A stretch of 64,000 nucleotides of DNA from Planctomycetota bacterium (GTDB taxonomy: Bacteria > Planctomycetota > B15-G4): the NCBI GenBank assembly GCA_029259745.1, contig JAJDEO010000013.1, positions 1 to 64,000 of the forward strand, written 5' to 3'. Positions 18,773 through 28,987 of the stretch are shown piece by piece. Position 1 is the first letter of the stretch. Each line of letters begins with the position of its first letter. The position numbers and the translations under genes are program-made. Below the pieces are notes generated by a model. The model ran no database searches and was not told the DNA's origin. It was given only the letters and a program-made list of their open reading frames with translations.

Positions 18773-20613
18773 CGTCGAACCTGTCGTTGACGCTGCGCGT
18801 GCTCGTGTCGCTCTTGAGCCTCGCGCTCATGGGGACGGAAGCGAGTGCGCGCAGCGCCGACAAGCTCTCGCCGTTCGACGGTGTCCGTTGGGGCACAGAT
18901 GAGCGTCCCGAGGTGGACATCGCAGGTGAGTGGTATGCCTTCGAGAGCATCGACGGCGTCGCCTGCGACGAGATCCTCGCGGCGATCGACGAGCGTTGGC
19001 CCGGCCAGCGTGACAAGCGCTTCGCCGAAGACCTCATGGAGGTGCTCGAGATCCTCGGCAGCGCGCCACGCACAACGGCTTCCGTTCATGGACGCCGACT
19101 CAGTGACGGCGTGGCGGTCACGCTCGAGCACGTGCCGAACACCACATCGAAGCGTCAGGCGCTCCGGGCGACGCGCAATGCGCGCCGAGCAACGCCGGTC
19201 GCGCCCAGCGAGATCTCTCGCGACGCCGCTCGTGCGGACGTCGCCGTCTTCGCCCGCGAGTTCGCGGCGCGCTTTGCATACCTCGAGTGGCGCGGCATTG
19301 ACTTCGACGACAGCGTCGCCAAGCTCCTGCTGCAACTCGAGGAAGCACCCGACCCGCTGCCGACCAAGGAACTCGCCAACGCACTGACGGCCATCGTCGC
19401 TCCGTTCGGCGATGGGCATGCGTCTGTCAGCGGTGTCCGATCGATGGGCCGCGGTGCGCTCCCGTGTCTCCTGCACGAAGTCGACGACATCGTCATCGCC
19501 AGCTCGGCCGATCGCACGCAGCTGCTCGCCCCCGATCACCCGCGCGTGCTCGCCATCGATGGTCGCGAGATCGAGTCGTGGATCGACAGCCAGCGCGCGT
19601 TCATCAACGCGGGAAGCGAACATTACGTCCGGCGCCAGGCGCTGCGTGCCCTGCGCGAGATCAACGACGTCCGCGATCTCATGGGCATGCGCACGTCTGG
19701 CTCGGCCACGCTCACTCTCGCATCCCTGACCGACGTCGCGGACACGCGCGACGTCGAGCTCACCCTCGTGTCACGACGCGCAACCTACGGCACCTGGCCC
19801 CCGCGCCCACTTCATCACGTCACCGAGATGAACACGGGCCAGCGCATCGGAACACTCAGCATCCCCGCGATGGATGCCGACCTCGTCGACGCGATGCATG
19901 ACGTTCTCACCGCACTCGCCGACTGCGATGCGTGGATCATCGACGTCCGCGGCAACGGCGGCGGCAGTCGCGCACATCTCCTCGGCCTTGCACCCTATCT
20001 CCTCGCGCCCGGCGCCACGCCGCTGGTCGGCAATATCGCGGCCTACCGTCTCCACCCCGACCGTGACGACGATCACCTCGTCGCGCGCTTCATGGTGCGC
20101 TCCGATACACCCGAACTGACCGCTGAGCAGAGAGCTGCGATCGATCGCGCGGCGCGCTCGTTCAAACCGGAGTGGACTCCCCCCGCCGAGAAGTTCTCCG
20201 CCTGGCATTATCTCCTCCTCGACCGCAAGAACGCCGACGCACGCACGTTCCACTTCACCGGGCCGGTCGCACTCCTCACGGACGCCGGATGCTTCAGTGC
20301 GACCGACATCTTCGTGGGCGCCCTGACCGTACTGGATGCCGTCGAGGTCATCGGCGCACCGACCGGCGGCGGCAGCGCTCGGTCGCAGACGTTCACGCTC
20401 CCGCGATCGGGCCTCAGCGTCCGCTGCGCCTCGATGGCGAGCTTTCGACCCGATGGCCGCCTCTACGACGGTCGCGGGATCGAGGTCGACATCCCCGTTC
20501 GAGTGACCGCGGAGGATCACCTGATCGACTCCGATACCGGTATGGCACAGCACGACGCCGTTCGCGCGAGAGCGATCGAGCGCCTCGAAGAGCGCCTCGC
20601 CGAACGACGCTGA
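18769..20613 (+). CDS. S41-family peptidase (C-terminal processing / tail-specific protease-like), secreted
   Basis: ATGA overlap with the flotillin stop. Signal peptide. Motifs IIDVRGNGGG and LTDAGCFSATDIFVGAL are typical of peptidase S41. Confidence 0.7.
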   Translation: MTSNLSLTLRVLVSLLSLALMGTEASARSADKLSPFDGVRWGTDERPEVDIAGEWYAFESIDGVACDEILAAIDERWPGQRDKRFAEDLMEVLEILGSAPRTTASVHGRRLSDGVAVTLEHVPNTTSKRQALRATRNARRATPVAPSEISRDAARADVAVFAREFAARFAYLEWRGIDFDDSVAKLLLQLEEAPDPLPTKELANALTAIVAPFGDGHASVSGVRSMGRGALPCLLHEVDDIVIASSADRTQLLAPDHPRVLAIDGREIESWIDSQRAFINAGSEHYVRRQALRALREINDVRDLMGMRTSGSATLTLASLTDVADTRDVELTLVSRRATYGTWPPRPLHHVTEMNTGQRIGTLSIPAMDADLVDAMHDVLTALADCDAWIIDVRGNGGGSRAHLLGLAPYLLAPGATPLVGNIAAYRLHPDRDDDHLVARFMVRSDTPELTAEQRAAIDRAARSFKPEWTPPAEKFSAWHYLLLDRKNADARTFHFTGPVALLTDAGCFSATDIFVGALTVLDAVEVIGAPTGGGSARSQTFTLPRSGLSVRCASMASFRPDGRLYDGRGIEVDIPVRVTAEDHLIDSDTGMAQHDAVRARAIERLEERLAERR

Positions 20614-20753
20614 CGAATCCGCTCAGACAACCGGAGTGACACACGGGCGGTCGAGGCGAGACCTGCGCGACATGGATCCGGATGAGGGGAGCAGACGCCC
20701 GAGTCCTCGATGCCCGCGCCGCCATGTCACTCCCCCTACCTCTGAGCAAGCCG

Positions 20754-21371
20754 TCAGTCTTCGAGCACGAGATCCGCGAGCCGCGCCAAGGCCCGCGGGA
20801 GCAGGTTGCGAATCGACGCCTCCGTGCGCCCCGTCACCTGAGCAATCTCGGCCCGCGAGAGCCCCGCGACACGCGACAGCATGATCACTTCGCGATGGTC
20901 GTCGGGCAGCTGCTCGAACGCCGCATCGAGACGCTCGAGGGCCTCCCGCCCCACGGCGTCTTGACTCGGACTCGAAAGCGTGCGCCGCACGAGGTCGAAC
21001 ACGCCGTCCTCGACACGCTGCTCGCGTCCGACGTCGCGCCGCTGCGCCTTCCAGTACTCGGCACGATCCGCGATCTTGCGCGAGACGTGCGTGTAGAGCC
21101 AAGCGCGGAACGCGGCCTCACCTCCGTAGCGGAAGCGTGGCGCCCCCTCGAGCACTTCGCGAAACGCCGACTGCACGACATCATGGGCCGATTCGCGCGC
21201 CGCGAGCATCGGCCCGAGACGGAGGCGGGCGAACGCGAGCAAGGCGGGCATGTGCTGCTCGAACAGAGCGTCGACAGCCCCAGGCTCACCGGCACGGAAG
21301 CGCTCGATCGCGCCCTCGGATACGACCGCCCAGTCCGGCGGTACACTCGTCTCTCGTTCCATCATCGGCAT
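20754..21371 (-). CDS. ECF-family RNA polymerase sigma factor
   Basis: Sigma-70 region 2 (HDVVQSAFREVLEG...FRAWLYTHV) and region 4 (HREVIMLSRVAGLSRAEIAQVTGRTEASIRNLL). Start at MPMMERE (21371). Divergent from the Ser/Thr kinase gene, 71 bp away. Confidence 0.8.
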   Translation of the reverse strand: MPMMERETSVPPDWAVVSEGAIERFRAGEPGAVDALFEQHMPALLAFARLRLGPMLAARESAHDVVQSAFREVLEGAPRFRYGGEAAFRAWLYTHVSRKIADRAEYWKAQRRDVGREQRVEDGVFDLVRRTLSSPSQDAVGREALERLDAAFEQLPDDHREVIMLSRVAGLSRAEIAQVTGRTEASIRNLLPRALARLADLVLED

Positions 21372-21442
21372 TCCGTTGGGAGGCGTGATGCAGTCTTGGA
21401 GAAGCACGACGCGACTGTGGTATTGCGCAGGAGATACACGAC
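21372..21442. promoter_or_regulatory. divergent promoter region between ECF sigma and Ser/Thr kinase genes
   Basis: 71-bp spacer between divergent starts at 21371 (-) and 21443 (+). No motif is assigned. Confidence 0.3.
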
Positions 21443-24370
21443 ATGAGTGACGAGCGTGAGCACGTCGCCGAGTTCGTCGCGCGTTGCGTCGCACTTCGTG
21501 AGAGCGAAGGTGACGTCTCGATCGAAGCCGTGTGTGCCGAACACCCCCACCTCGCCGAGGCTGTTCGTCGGCGCCTCGACGTGCTCACGTCGATGGGCAT
21601 GCTCAACGACGAAGAGACGCCACAGCGCGGACGACGCCTCGGCCCGTTCGAGCTCCTCGGCAGTCTCGGGGGCGGCGGCATGGGCGAGGTCCACCTCGCC
21701 CGTCAGGACGGACTCGAACGTCATGTCGCCCTCAAGATCGTGCGCCCCGACCATTTGCACTTCTCGGGCGCGCGCGAGCGGTTCGCGCGCGAAGCGGAGG
21801 CGATTGCGCAGCTCAAACATCCCGGCATCGTACCCGTCTACACCGTGGGCGAGGATGGAGGTGTCCCGTATCTCGCCATGGAGTGCGTCGAGGGAGCAAC
21901 GCTCGAGGAGATCCTGACATCCGTGTCGGGCCGCGACCCGGCCACGCTTTCGGGGCGCGACATCGAGCGCGCGGTCGAGGCCTGTGTCGAGCGTCTCGAT
22001 CTCGCGCGCGGAACGACCAGGACCTCATGGTCGTCGGAGGGACGCGGGCGCGCGCTCTTCACGGCGAGCTGGGTCGAAGCCGTGCTGCGTCTTGGCGTCG
22101 CGGTCACCGACGCGCTGCAGCACGCCCACGACCGCGGAATCCTCCACCGCGACGTCAAGCCGTCGAATCTCATGCTGACGCTCGATGGACGCGTGCTGCT
22201 GCTCGACTTCGGACTCGCGCTGCGCGATGGAAGCGCACGCATGACGCGTACGGGTGCCGTGGTCGGGTCGTTGACGTACATGGCACCCGAACTGATCCGC
22301 GGTGAAGAAGCCGACGCCCGTGCGGACGTCTACGGACTTGGCGTGACCCTGTTCGAGATGCTCGCCCTGCGCGCACCTTTCATCGGGAACGACTACGACA
22401 CGACGCGCGCCGCGATCCTTGCCGGCGGCCCACCCTCGGTGCGCTCGACGAACCCCTCGGTGGGCCAGGACGCGGCCACGCTGCTGGGCATCGCCCTGGC
22501 CGCGCAGCAGGCCGACCGCTACCCGTCCGCGGCAGCTCTCGGTGCCGACCTCCAACGCGTTCTCGAACGCCGCCCGTTGCTGGCAAAACCGCCCAGCGCC
22601 GCACTCCGCACGTGGCGCTGGGTCCAACGTCGCCCAGCATTCGCGGCGGCCTGCGCGCTGGCGTGCGTGCTAGCGATCGGTGGCCCGATCACGTACGCCA
22701 TGCTCGCCCAACGGCATGCCGACGAAATGTCGGACATCGCCCGTGAAGCCAAGGATGCGGCCCAGCGCGCCGATGAGGAATCGCTTCGCGCCACGGCGGC
22801 GATGCGCGCGACGGAACGCCACTTCGCACTGGCCAAGCACGCCATCGACGACCTCCTCGTCGAAGTCGGCCGCGTCGACCTCAAAGACCACCCGCGCATG
22901 CTCGCCGTGCGCCACAGCATCATCGATCGCGCCATCACGGCCTACGACACCCTCATCGAAGCGCGCCCCGACGACGTCGACCTGCGGTTCGAGCGCCTCT
23001 CGATCCTCAACAACGCGGCCGTCTTGCTGCTGAACATGGGTGAGTCGTCGGAGGCACTCGAACGCTACCAGCAGTCGCTCGACCTCTCGACGGCGGAACT
23101 CGCACTTGTCACCCCGGGATTGGCGCCGCGTGCACTCGTCCGACAGCACATCAAGACAATCTTGGCAATCGCCATGGCGAGGATCGCACGCGGCGAGTTG
23201 GACCGCGGAAACGAGCTGCTCGTCGAGGCCTTGGCTCGCCTGGAGCTCGCCACCGAGACGTTCCCCGACGACCGCGACCTGCTGACCGACCTTGCCGAGG
23301 CACGTGGATACTGGGCCGATCAACTGGCCATGCTGGGCAACGAGGACGCGGCGGACGCGGAGTACGAACGCGCTCTCGAACTGCTGGACGCGTTGCTCAC
23401 GGGCGTCCGTGACGACGCGCGCGCTTTGCACGTCCGCACCTGGATCGGGCAGTCGTGGGTGACGCACTTGAGCGAGCTCCAACGTCTCGAAGCGTGTGTC
23501 GACGCCGGCCTCGAAACCCTCACGTTCGCCGATCGTCTCGAGGAACTCGGGCGCACGACGGTCGCCGATCGCACGGCGCGCCACGCCGTCTGGGCACACA
23601 TGGGTCGCAGTTTATCGCGACTCGGTGCAGCATCCGAAGCGGAGTCGATGCTCGCCGCGGCACGCGCGGCCGCACGCGCCCTCTCCGAAGAGCACCGCGA
23701 CGACGCTCACATCGTCACGACATACCTCAACTCGCTCGACTTCAGCGCAGCGCATGCCCGCCGCGTGGGTCGTCCAACGGACGAACTCGAGTTCTACATC
23801 GAGCTCGAGCTCGCATCGCGGCAGGCACACGAAGCGGCACCGACCCTGGTCGCGCCCGCCATCTCGCAGGCCTTGGCAGCACTCGGGCAGGCGCGCGCCC
23901 AGCGCAGTCTGCACGCTCCCGAAGCGGCGCTCGTCGCCGCACAACGGGCGGTGGAACTCTGCCGCGCGCTCGAGGGTCGCGTTGAACGGGCAACGTGGAC
24001 GGAGAGGATGCGTGACTTCTTCGACGTCCTCGGCCGCGTCCACGATGATCTGGGCGACCACGCCGCCACGATCCGTGCCGCCGAGGCGATGGCGAGTGTC
24101 GACCCCGAGTCCGCAACGGCGACGAGCCTCCGACGCGCGGCTTTCCTGATGTGTTGTGCGCTCGAGGACCTCTCACGCGACACCAGGCTCGGGGCGGACG
24201 AGCGCGACACACGTCGTCGCGCAACCATCGACCGCTGCATCACTCTGCTCACACAGGCCGCACGCCTTTCCCCCGTGCCGCCGGCGAGTTTTCGTGTCGA
24301 TCCGCGCTGGTCACCCATTCTCGATCACCCGCACTTTCCCGCGATCGAAACAGCGTTTGCGCTTCCGTGA
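21443..24370 (+). CDS. Ser/Thr protein kinase with C-terminal TM and TPR-like region
   Basis: N-terminal ECF-associated motif (CAEHPHLAEAVRRRLDVL), then GxGxxG (LGSLGGGGMGEVHLA), VALK, HRDVKPSNLML and DFGLA kinase motifs. A TM helix and a long helical repeat region follow. Confidence 0.85.
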   Translation: MSDEREHVAEFVARCVALRESEGDVSIEAVCAEHPHLAEAVRRRLDVLTSMGMLNDEETPQRGRRLGPFELLGSLGGGGMGEVHLARQDGLERHVALKIVRPDHLHFSGARERFAREAEAIAQLKHPGIVPVYTVGEDGGVPYLAMECVEGATLEEILTSVSGRDPATLSGRDIERAVEACVERLDLARGTTRTSWSSEGRGRALFTASWVEAVLRLGVAVTDALQHAHDRGILHRDVKPSNLMLTLDGRVLLLDFGLALRDGSARMTRTGAVVGSLTYMAPELIRGEEADARADVYGLGVTLFEMLALRAPFIGNDYDTTRAAILAGGPPSVRSTNPSVGQDAATLLGIALAAQQADRYPSAAALGADLQRVLERRPLLAKPPSAALRTWRWVQRRPAFAAACALACVLAIGGPITYAMLAQRHADEMSDIAREAKDAAQRADEESLRATAAMRATERHFALAKHAIDDLLVEVGRVDLKDHPRMLAVRHSIIDRAITAYDTLIEARPDDVDLRFERLSILNNAAVLLLNMGESSEALERYQQSLDLSTAELALVTPGLAPRALVRQHIKTILAIAMARIARGELDRGNELLVEALARLELATETFPDDRDLLTDLAEARGYWADQLAMLGNEDAADAEYERALELLDALLTGVRDDARALHVRTWIGQSWVTHLSELQRLEACVDAGLETLTFADRLEELGRTTVADRTARHAVWAHMGRSLSRLGAASEAESMLAAARAAARALSEEHRDDAHIVTTYLNSLDFSAAHARRVGRPTDELEFYIELELASRQAHEAAPTLVAPAISQALAALGQARAQRSLHAPEAALVAAQRAVELCRALEGRVERATWTERMRDFFDVLGRVHDDLGDHAATIRAAEAMASVDPESATATSLRRAAFLMCCALEDLSRDTRLGADERDTRRRATIDRCITLLTQAARLSPVPPASFRVDPRWSPILDHPHFPAIETAFALP

Positions 24371-24759
24371 GGCCAGTACGGATGGAGGGCGCACGTGGGA
24401 CGGACTCACACGCGGAGCCCCTCGAACATCACGAGGGCGCCGTGCGAGTTGGACCGATCGTTACAGTTCCGAAGACGTGTCACTTTACCGCGACGCGACG
24501 TCTGTCGAGTGCTCACCACTGTCGAGAAGTGATAGTCTTCAGCGCTCGAGAGTCGTCGTGAGGGCGTGACTTCTTCAGTAGAGGCAGGACGCGCGAGGTG
24601 TATGCCGAGGCATCTTCAGGCCTAGGTCGACGCGCGTTCGCTGAACAGAGACACGCCCCGCCGACCCTCGCGAGATGTTGGCGGCACGTCTGGCCAGTGA
24701 ACACAAGTGGACACGAGCCGATCGTCGCTACAGTGAACTGTCATGCGCGGGGGGCCAAC

Positions 24760-25338
24760 GTGGGCGAGGCCGAAGCAGACGAAACGACGGAGATTCTCCA
24801 CGAGATTGCCAAAGGCAATCGCGCGGCTGTCGATCGACTCGCGCCAGCCGTCTATCGCGAGCTCCATGGCCTTGCGCAAAGCATGCTGCGCCGCGAGGTG
24901 CGCGACCACACGCTACAGCCGACAGCCCTCGTCAACGAAGCGTACCTCCGACTGATCGACCAAGACCGGGTCGAGTGGGCATCGCGTGCGCACTTCTTTG
25001 CGATCGGCGCCAAGGCCATGCGACGCATCCTCATCGACCACGCGCGGAACCGCAAGCGACTCAAGCGCGGTGGAAACCATGTGCGCGTGATCGTCGACAC
25101 CGAGCTTGCCCTCTCCTTCGACCGTCCCGAGAGCTTCCTCGCACTCGACGAAGCTCTCGTCAAACTACGGGGACTCGACCGACGCCAATGCGACGTCGTC
25201 GAGATGCGGTTCTTTTCAGGCATGACCATGAGCGAGATTGCCGAGGCGCTGAACACATCCAAGCGCACCGTCGAGGGCGACTGGATGCTGGCACGTGCTT
25301 GGCTGCGCCGTGAGTTGAGCGACCCAAGCGTCGAATGA
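24760..25338 (+). CDS. ECF sigma factor of the Ser/Thr-kinase-associated (TIGR02999-like) type
   Basis: N-terminus EILHEIAKGNRAAVDRLAPAVYRELHGLAQSMLRREVRDHTLQPTALVNEAYLRL is characteristic of that family. Region 4 FSGMTMSEIAEALNTSKRTVEGDW. Start GTG 24760 (alternative GTG 24733). The stop overlaps the kinase start (ATGA). Confidence 0.7.
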   Translation: MGEAEADETTEILHEIAKGNRAAVDRLAPAVYRELHGLAQSMLRREVRDHTLQPTALVNEAYLRLIDQDRVEWASRAHFFAIGAKAMRRILIDHARNRKRLKRGGNHVRVIVDTELALSFDRPESFLALDEALVKLRGLDRRQCDVVEMRFFSGMTMSEIAEALNTSKRTVEGDWMLARAWLRRELSDPSVE

Positions 25339-27536
25339 GTCGCGATCAGCACAAGCGGGTCAGGAAGCTCTTCCTGCGTGCCGTGCGACGACCGGCCGAC
25401 GAACGCACCGCGTTGCTCGACGCCGAGTGCGACGACCAAGAACTTCGCGCCGACGTGCAGTCACTGCTCGACCACCATGTCGACGACGTCGCGACCGACA
25501 GCCTCGACGACATGCTCCCTGAAGTGCTGGTGCCGAGCAGTGGTCTCCGCAGCGCCTTTCAGTTCATGGCGAGGCAGCGCCCTTTCGTCACGGCCGCGCT
25601 GACAACGCTTCTCGTCGCGTCTGTTGGCATGCTGCTGCTCGCCATCGTCATGCAGCGGGAGATGCGTCACGTCCAAGCTGCCTCGCTCCGCACGATCCAT
25701 CGGGTGAGCCTCGAGGCTCTCGAGCAGGCTCTCAACACCCATCGCATGCAGGTTGTCGACTGCGCCGGTATGCCCAGCGTGCGTGCCGTGGTCCAAGACA
25801 TGGTCGCCCTCGAGGTCGGCGAACGAACGGACGAGGAGAGCGCGGACATCCCCAAGCTGCGCGCGCTCAACGAACGCATGAACGTGTTGATCGCGTCGTG
25901 GCTCGAAACGCTGCCCGGCGCGACGGGCTTCGGGATCGCTGACGAGCGCGGATACGTCCTCGCGATCGACGCCAACGACCGTGATTGGCTCGGCCGCAGG
26001 CTCTCCCCGATGGGTCGCCAGCTGACAACAGCAGTCATCGCCGCTGGACCACGCGTCCTGCTGCCATTCAGCGAGGATGAGCTCGTCGACACACCGCTAC
26101 GCCCCGACTCGATCAACACACTCGCCTTTACCGCTCCCATCCGCGGCAGCGACGGCACGCCGGTTGCCGCACTCGCAGTCTTCGTGGACGTCGAAGCCGA
26201 CTTCACGCGCATCCTCTCGCTCGCGCGGAGCACACCCGCAGGAACGACCTACGCGTTCGACGACCGCGGTGCCATGTTCTCGGCGCAACAGATCGACGAC
26301 GCCCACGACAGCCTGGCTTACGATGACAAAGGACGTCTCTTGCTCCTCGACCCCGGCGCCGACATCACACAAGGCGAGACGCCCGACCCCGTTTCGCTAC
26401 GTCCGACGACGCGCATCGTGCGCCAGGCGCTCGCCGAACGATCGAACCCCGAAGGGCCGCGTACCGGTGAGGTCAGCGACTACCGCGACATCCGCGGAGT
26501 AGAGTCCTTCGGGTTCTGGACGTGGCTCGACGAGTTCGGCTTCGGCGTGATCACGGAGATCAGCGATCGCCAAGCGTCGACGCCGATCCGTCCGCTGCGC
26601 AGCACGAGCGTGGGATTGATGGTCGCCACCATCGGGGCGCTGCTCGCCCTCTTCATCACGACGGGCGCTGCGAGAATGCTCCGTTCACGCCTCGCGCACA
26701 TCCGCCGACTCGGCAGCTACACGCTCGTCGAACACCTCGGCGTCGGCGGCATGGGCGACGTGTTCTTGGCGCGTCACGACATGCTCAAGCGCCCCACCGC
26801 CGTCAAGGTCCTCAGTGCGCGAGCGCTCACCGAGGTCGGCATCGCGCGCTTCGAACGCGAGGTGCAGTTCATGTCGCTGCTCACCCACCCGAACACCGTC
26901 GGCATCTACGATTACGGCCTCACCACCGAAGGGCTGCCGTACTTCGCGATGGAGTACGTCGACGGCACGACGCTCAAGTCGCTCGTCGAAACGGAGGGCG
27001 CGCTGCCCCTCGCGCGCGCCGTCGGCATCCTCGAACAACTCTGTGGAGCCCTCGCCGAGGCGCACACGCTGGGGCTCGTCCACCGCGACGTGAAACCTCT
27101 GAACATCATGCTGACCGAGCGGGGCGGTCGGCACGACTTCGTCAAGCTCCTCGACTTCGGACTCGCCAAGGACGTCCAACGCCGCCAGGACCTCACGCTC
27201 ACGTCCGCGACGACCGGCACGCCGCTCTACATCGCTCCCGAAGTCCTGCGCAGCCCTTCGGCGACGTCACCACGCTCGGACGTCTACTCCGTCGGCATCA
27301 TCGCCTACTACCTCGTGACGTCACGCGAGGTATTCGAGGGCGACACGGCTCTCGAGCTGTTCGCCCAGACCCTGACCGAAGACGTGCCGACACTCGCGGC
27401 ACTCACCGGCATCTCGCCGGACTTCGAGCAACTCATCCGCGACTGCCTCGCGAAGGATCCCGAGGAACGCCCGCAACACGCCGGCGCCGTCCTCGAACGA
27501 CTGCACGCGATCAGGGCCGCCATCGTGCCGACCTAG
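25335..27536 (+). CDS. Ser/Thr protein kinase with periplasmic sensor domain
   Basis: N-terminal ECF-associated motif (LFLRAVRRPADERTALLDAECDDQELRADVQSLLDHH), TM, a roughly 270-aa extracytoplasmic domain, a second TM, then the kinase domain (VGGMGDVFLARH, HRDVKPLNIML, DFGLAKD). Stop TAG 27534-27536 directly abuts MITE copy F. Confidence 0.85.
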   Translation: MSRDQHKRVRKLFLRAVRRPADERTALLDAECDDQELRADVQSLLDHHVDDVATDSLDDMLPEVLVPSSGLRSAFQFMARQRPFVTAALTTLLVASVGMLLLAIVMQREMRHVQAASLRTIHRVSLEALEQALNTHRMQVVDCAGMPSVRAVVQDMVALEVGERTDEESADIPKLRALNERMNVLIASWLETLPGATGFGIADERGYVLAIDANDRDWLGRRLSPMGRQLTTAVIAAGPRVLLPFSEDELVDTPLRPDSINTLAFTAPIRGSDGTPVAALAVFVDVEADFTRILSLARSTPAGTTYAFDDRGAMFSAQQIDDAHDSLAYDDKGRLLLLDPGADITQGETPDPVSLRPTTRIVRQALAERSNPEGPRTGEVSDYRDIRGVESFGFWTWLDEFGFGVITEISDRQASTPIRPLRSTSVGLMVATIGALLALFITTGAARMLRSRLAHIRRLGSYTLVEHLGVGGMGDVFLARHDMLKRPTAVKVLSARALTEVGIARFEREVQFMSLLTHPNTVGIYDYGLTTEGLPYFAMEYVDGTTLKSLVETEGALPLARAVGILEQLCGALAEAHTLGLVHRDVKPLNIMLTERGGRHDFVKLLDFGLAKDVQRRQDLTLTSATTGTPLYIAPEVLRSPSATSPRSDVYSVGIIAYYLVTSREVFEGDTALELFAQTLTEDVPTLAALTGISPDFEQLIRDCLAKDPEERPQHAGAVLERLHAIRAAIVPT

Positions 27537-27632
27537 CCCGCACTTCTCATGACGATCTCCCGCGCCTGCATCTGAATCCTTCCTGGCAAGGCTCAGCTGC
27601 AGCCTCGCGGCGACCCTCGTGCATCACTCGGG
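27537..27632 (-). repeat. MITE-like repeat, copy F (about 96 bp, internally deleted)
   Basis: TAG|CCCGCACTTCTCATGACGATCT ... CAAGGCTCAGCTGCAGCCTCGCGGCGACCCTCGTGCATCACTCGGG aligns in reverse orientation with copies A-D. It starts at the kinase stop codon. Confidence 0.6.
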
Positions 27633-27703
27633 CGCGCTCGGCTCGGCGCGGGCGCGAGACGCGAAGATCGGCGCGCCGGGTGCCGCGTCCTCGGCTCAGA
27701 GAC

Positions 27704-28987
27704 TCAGGGGCCGAAGACAGCCTCCAGCGCGTTGCTCAACGCCACGCCCTTCGGTTGCGAGCCGTCTGCGATCGCCGCCTGGAGGATGGCCGTGAAGGGG
27801 CCGCTCCCGCCGGGCACGGGCAGCGCGAGCTCGCCGGAGCTGTCGGTGCCGAAGGACAGCGTCAGCAAGATCGGCACCGGCACGAGCGTGCCGCCCTTGA
27901 ACGGCGCAGGGTTCTGCGCCAGCCCGACGAACAGGGCCACGGGCGCGTTCGCTGCCGCTTGTGTGAGCGAGAGGGTCGCGAGGCCACCGGAGTCGAGCGC
28001 ATCGCCACACAACGAAAGCGCAGCGTTGCCGGGTCCGCCGAAGCCGAGGTCGGTCTGGCACGTCTCGCAGACGAGTCGCTCGATACGCAGGTCGTCGATG
28101 GCCGCCTCGATGATCGACCCGTCGCCGTTGTCCGAGGCGATGAACCGCAGGCGCATCTGCGAGGTCGGCGCGACGAGGTCGGCGACGACAAAGCGGTGCT
28201 GCATCCAGCCGCCCACCGTCTCCGAGCCCGTCGGACCGACCACCTCGACACTCGTCCACGATGAACCGCCGTTGTTCGTGATGTCGACTTCGAAGATGTC
28301 CGCTCCGGCCGAACCGCCGGTCGAGTTGGAGTACCAGCGCCAGTAGCTGATGAGCGCGTCCTCGCCCGCGAGGTCGAAGAGATTCGTCGTCAGAGTCGTC
28401 TGCCCGCCGTCGACGTCGTTGTCACCGAGCCCGCCACCGAACGAGCCCTGCCCCGTGACGTAGCACTGCGTGCCGGACGGCGTGTGGTCGTCCTCCGGCT
28501 GGGCGCTCGTGCCGACGGGGTTGACGCGTTCCCAAATGCCCGTCGTGGCCGTGTCGGCCGGAGCCCCCACCGACCAGCCCGGGTTCGACTCGAGATCGAC
28601 TTCCGAGAGCAGCACCAGGTCGGATGCCGCGACCGTCGAGTAGCGCGCCGTCGGCGCACCGGCCGGCGCGGTCCAGGTCACACCGTCGGTCGTCTCGGCG
28701 CTCACGTACCACGAAACTTCCGAGCCACACTCGAACGTCGGCAGCAGCGCGCGGTAGTCGTCTCCACCGAGAACGGCGAGCGGCAGGTCGAACAGGCCCG
28801 CACCGGCGTCGTAGTGGAACGTCGCACTTCCCGGCACGATCGACACGCCAGGCTCGGGGTTGATCGTGACGTCTACCACCTCGTTGCTCGTGGAAAACAG
28901 CTCCGGGATGCCGTCGATGACGGTGATCGTGAGGTCGGGATCACCGAGACGCCAGAGAAACAGGCCCTTCTCGATGTCACTGCCCAC
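27704..28987 (-). CDS. C-terminal fragment: MAM-like (choice-of-anchor J-like) domain + conserved CTD (CTD family member 2)
   Basis: MAM-like motifs (PSGTQCYVTGQG, ALISYWRWYSN, GSIIEAAIDDLRIE). C-terminal LAQNPAPFKGGTLVPVPILLTL...ALSNALEAVFGP is the conserved CTD. It has no start codon of its own (GTG only), so it is the continuation of the upstream fragment. Confidence 0.55.
   Translation of the reverse strand: MGSDIEKGLFLWRLGDPDLTITVIDGIPELFSTSNEVVDVTINPEPGVSIVPGSATFHYDAGAGLFDLPLAVLGGDDYRALLPTFECGSEVSWYVSAETTDGVTWTAPAGAPTARYSTVAASDLVLLSEVDLESNPGWSVGAPADTATTGIWERVNPVGTSAQPEDDHTPSGTQCYVTGQGSFGGGLGDNDVDGGQTTLTTNLFDLAGEDALISYWRWYSNSTGGSAGADIFEVDITNNGGSSWTSVEVVGPTGSETVGGWMQHRFVVADLVAPTSQMRLRFIASDNGDGSIIEAAIDDLRIERLVCETCQTDLGFGGPGNAALSLCGDALDSGGLATLSLTQAAANAPVALFVGLAQNPAPFKGGTLVPVPILLTLSFGTDSSGELALPVPGGSGPFTAILQAAIADGSQPKGVALSNALEAVFGP

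Noticed and set aside
24371-24759. ECF-type autoregulated promoter (TGAAC ... CGTC) upstream of sigma-2
   Set aside because: Several GAAC/TGAAC and CGTC words occur, but the spacing is ambiguous (15-18 nt) and unsupported by a second instance upstream of putative regulon genes. It is too weak to call.
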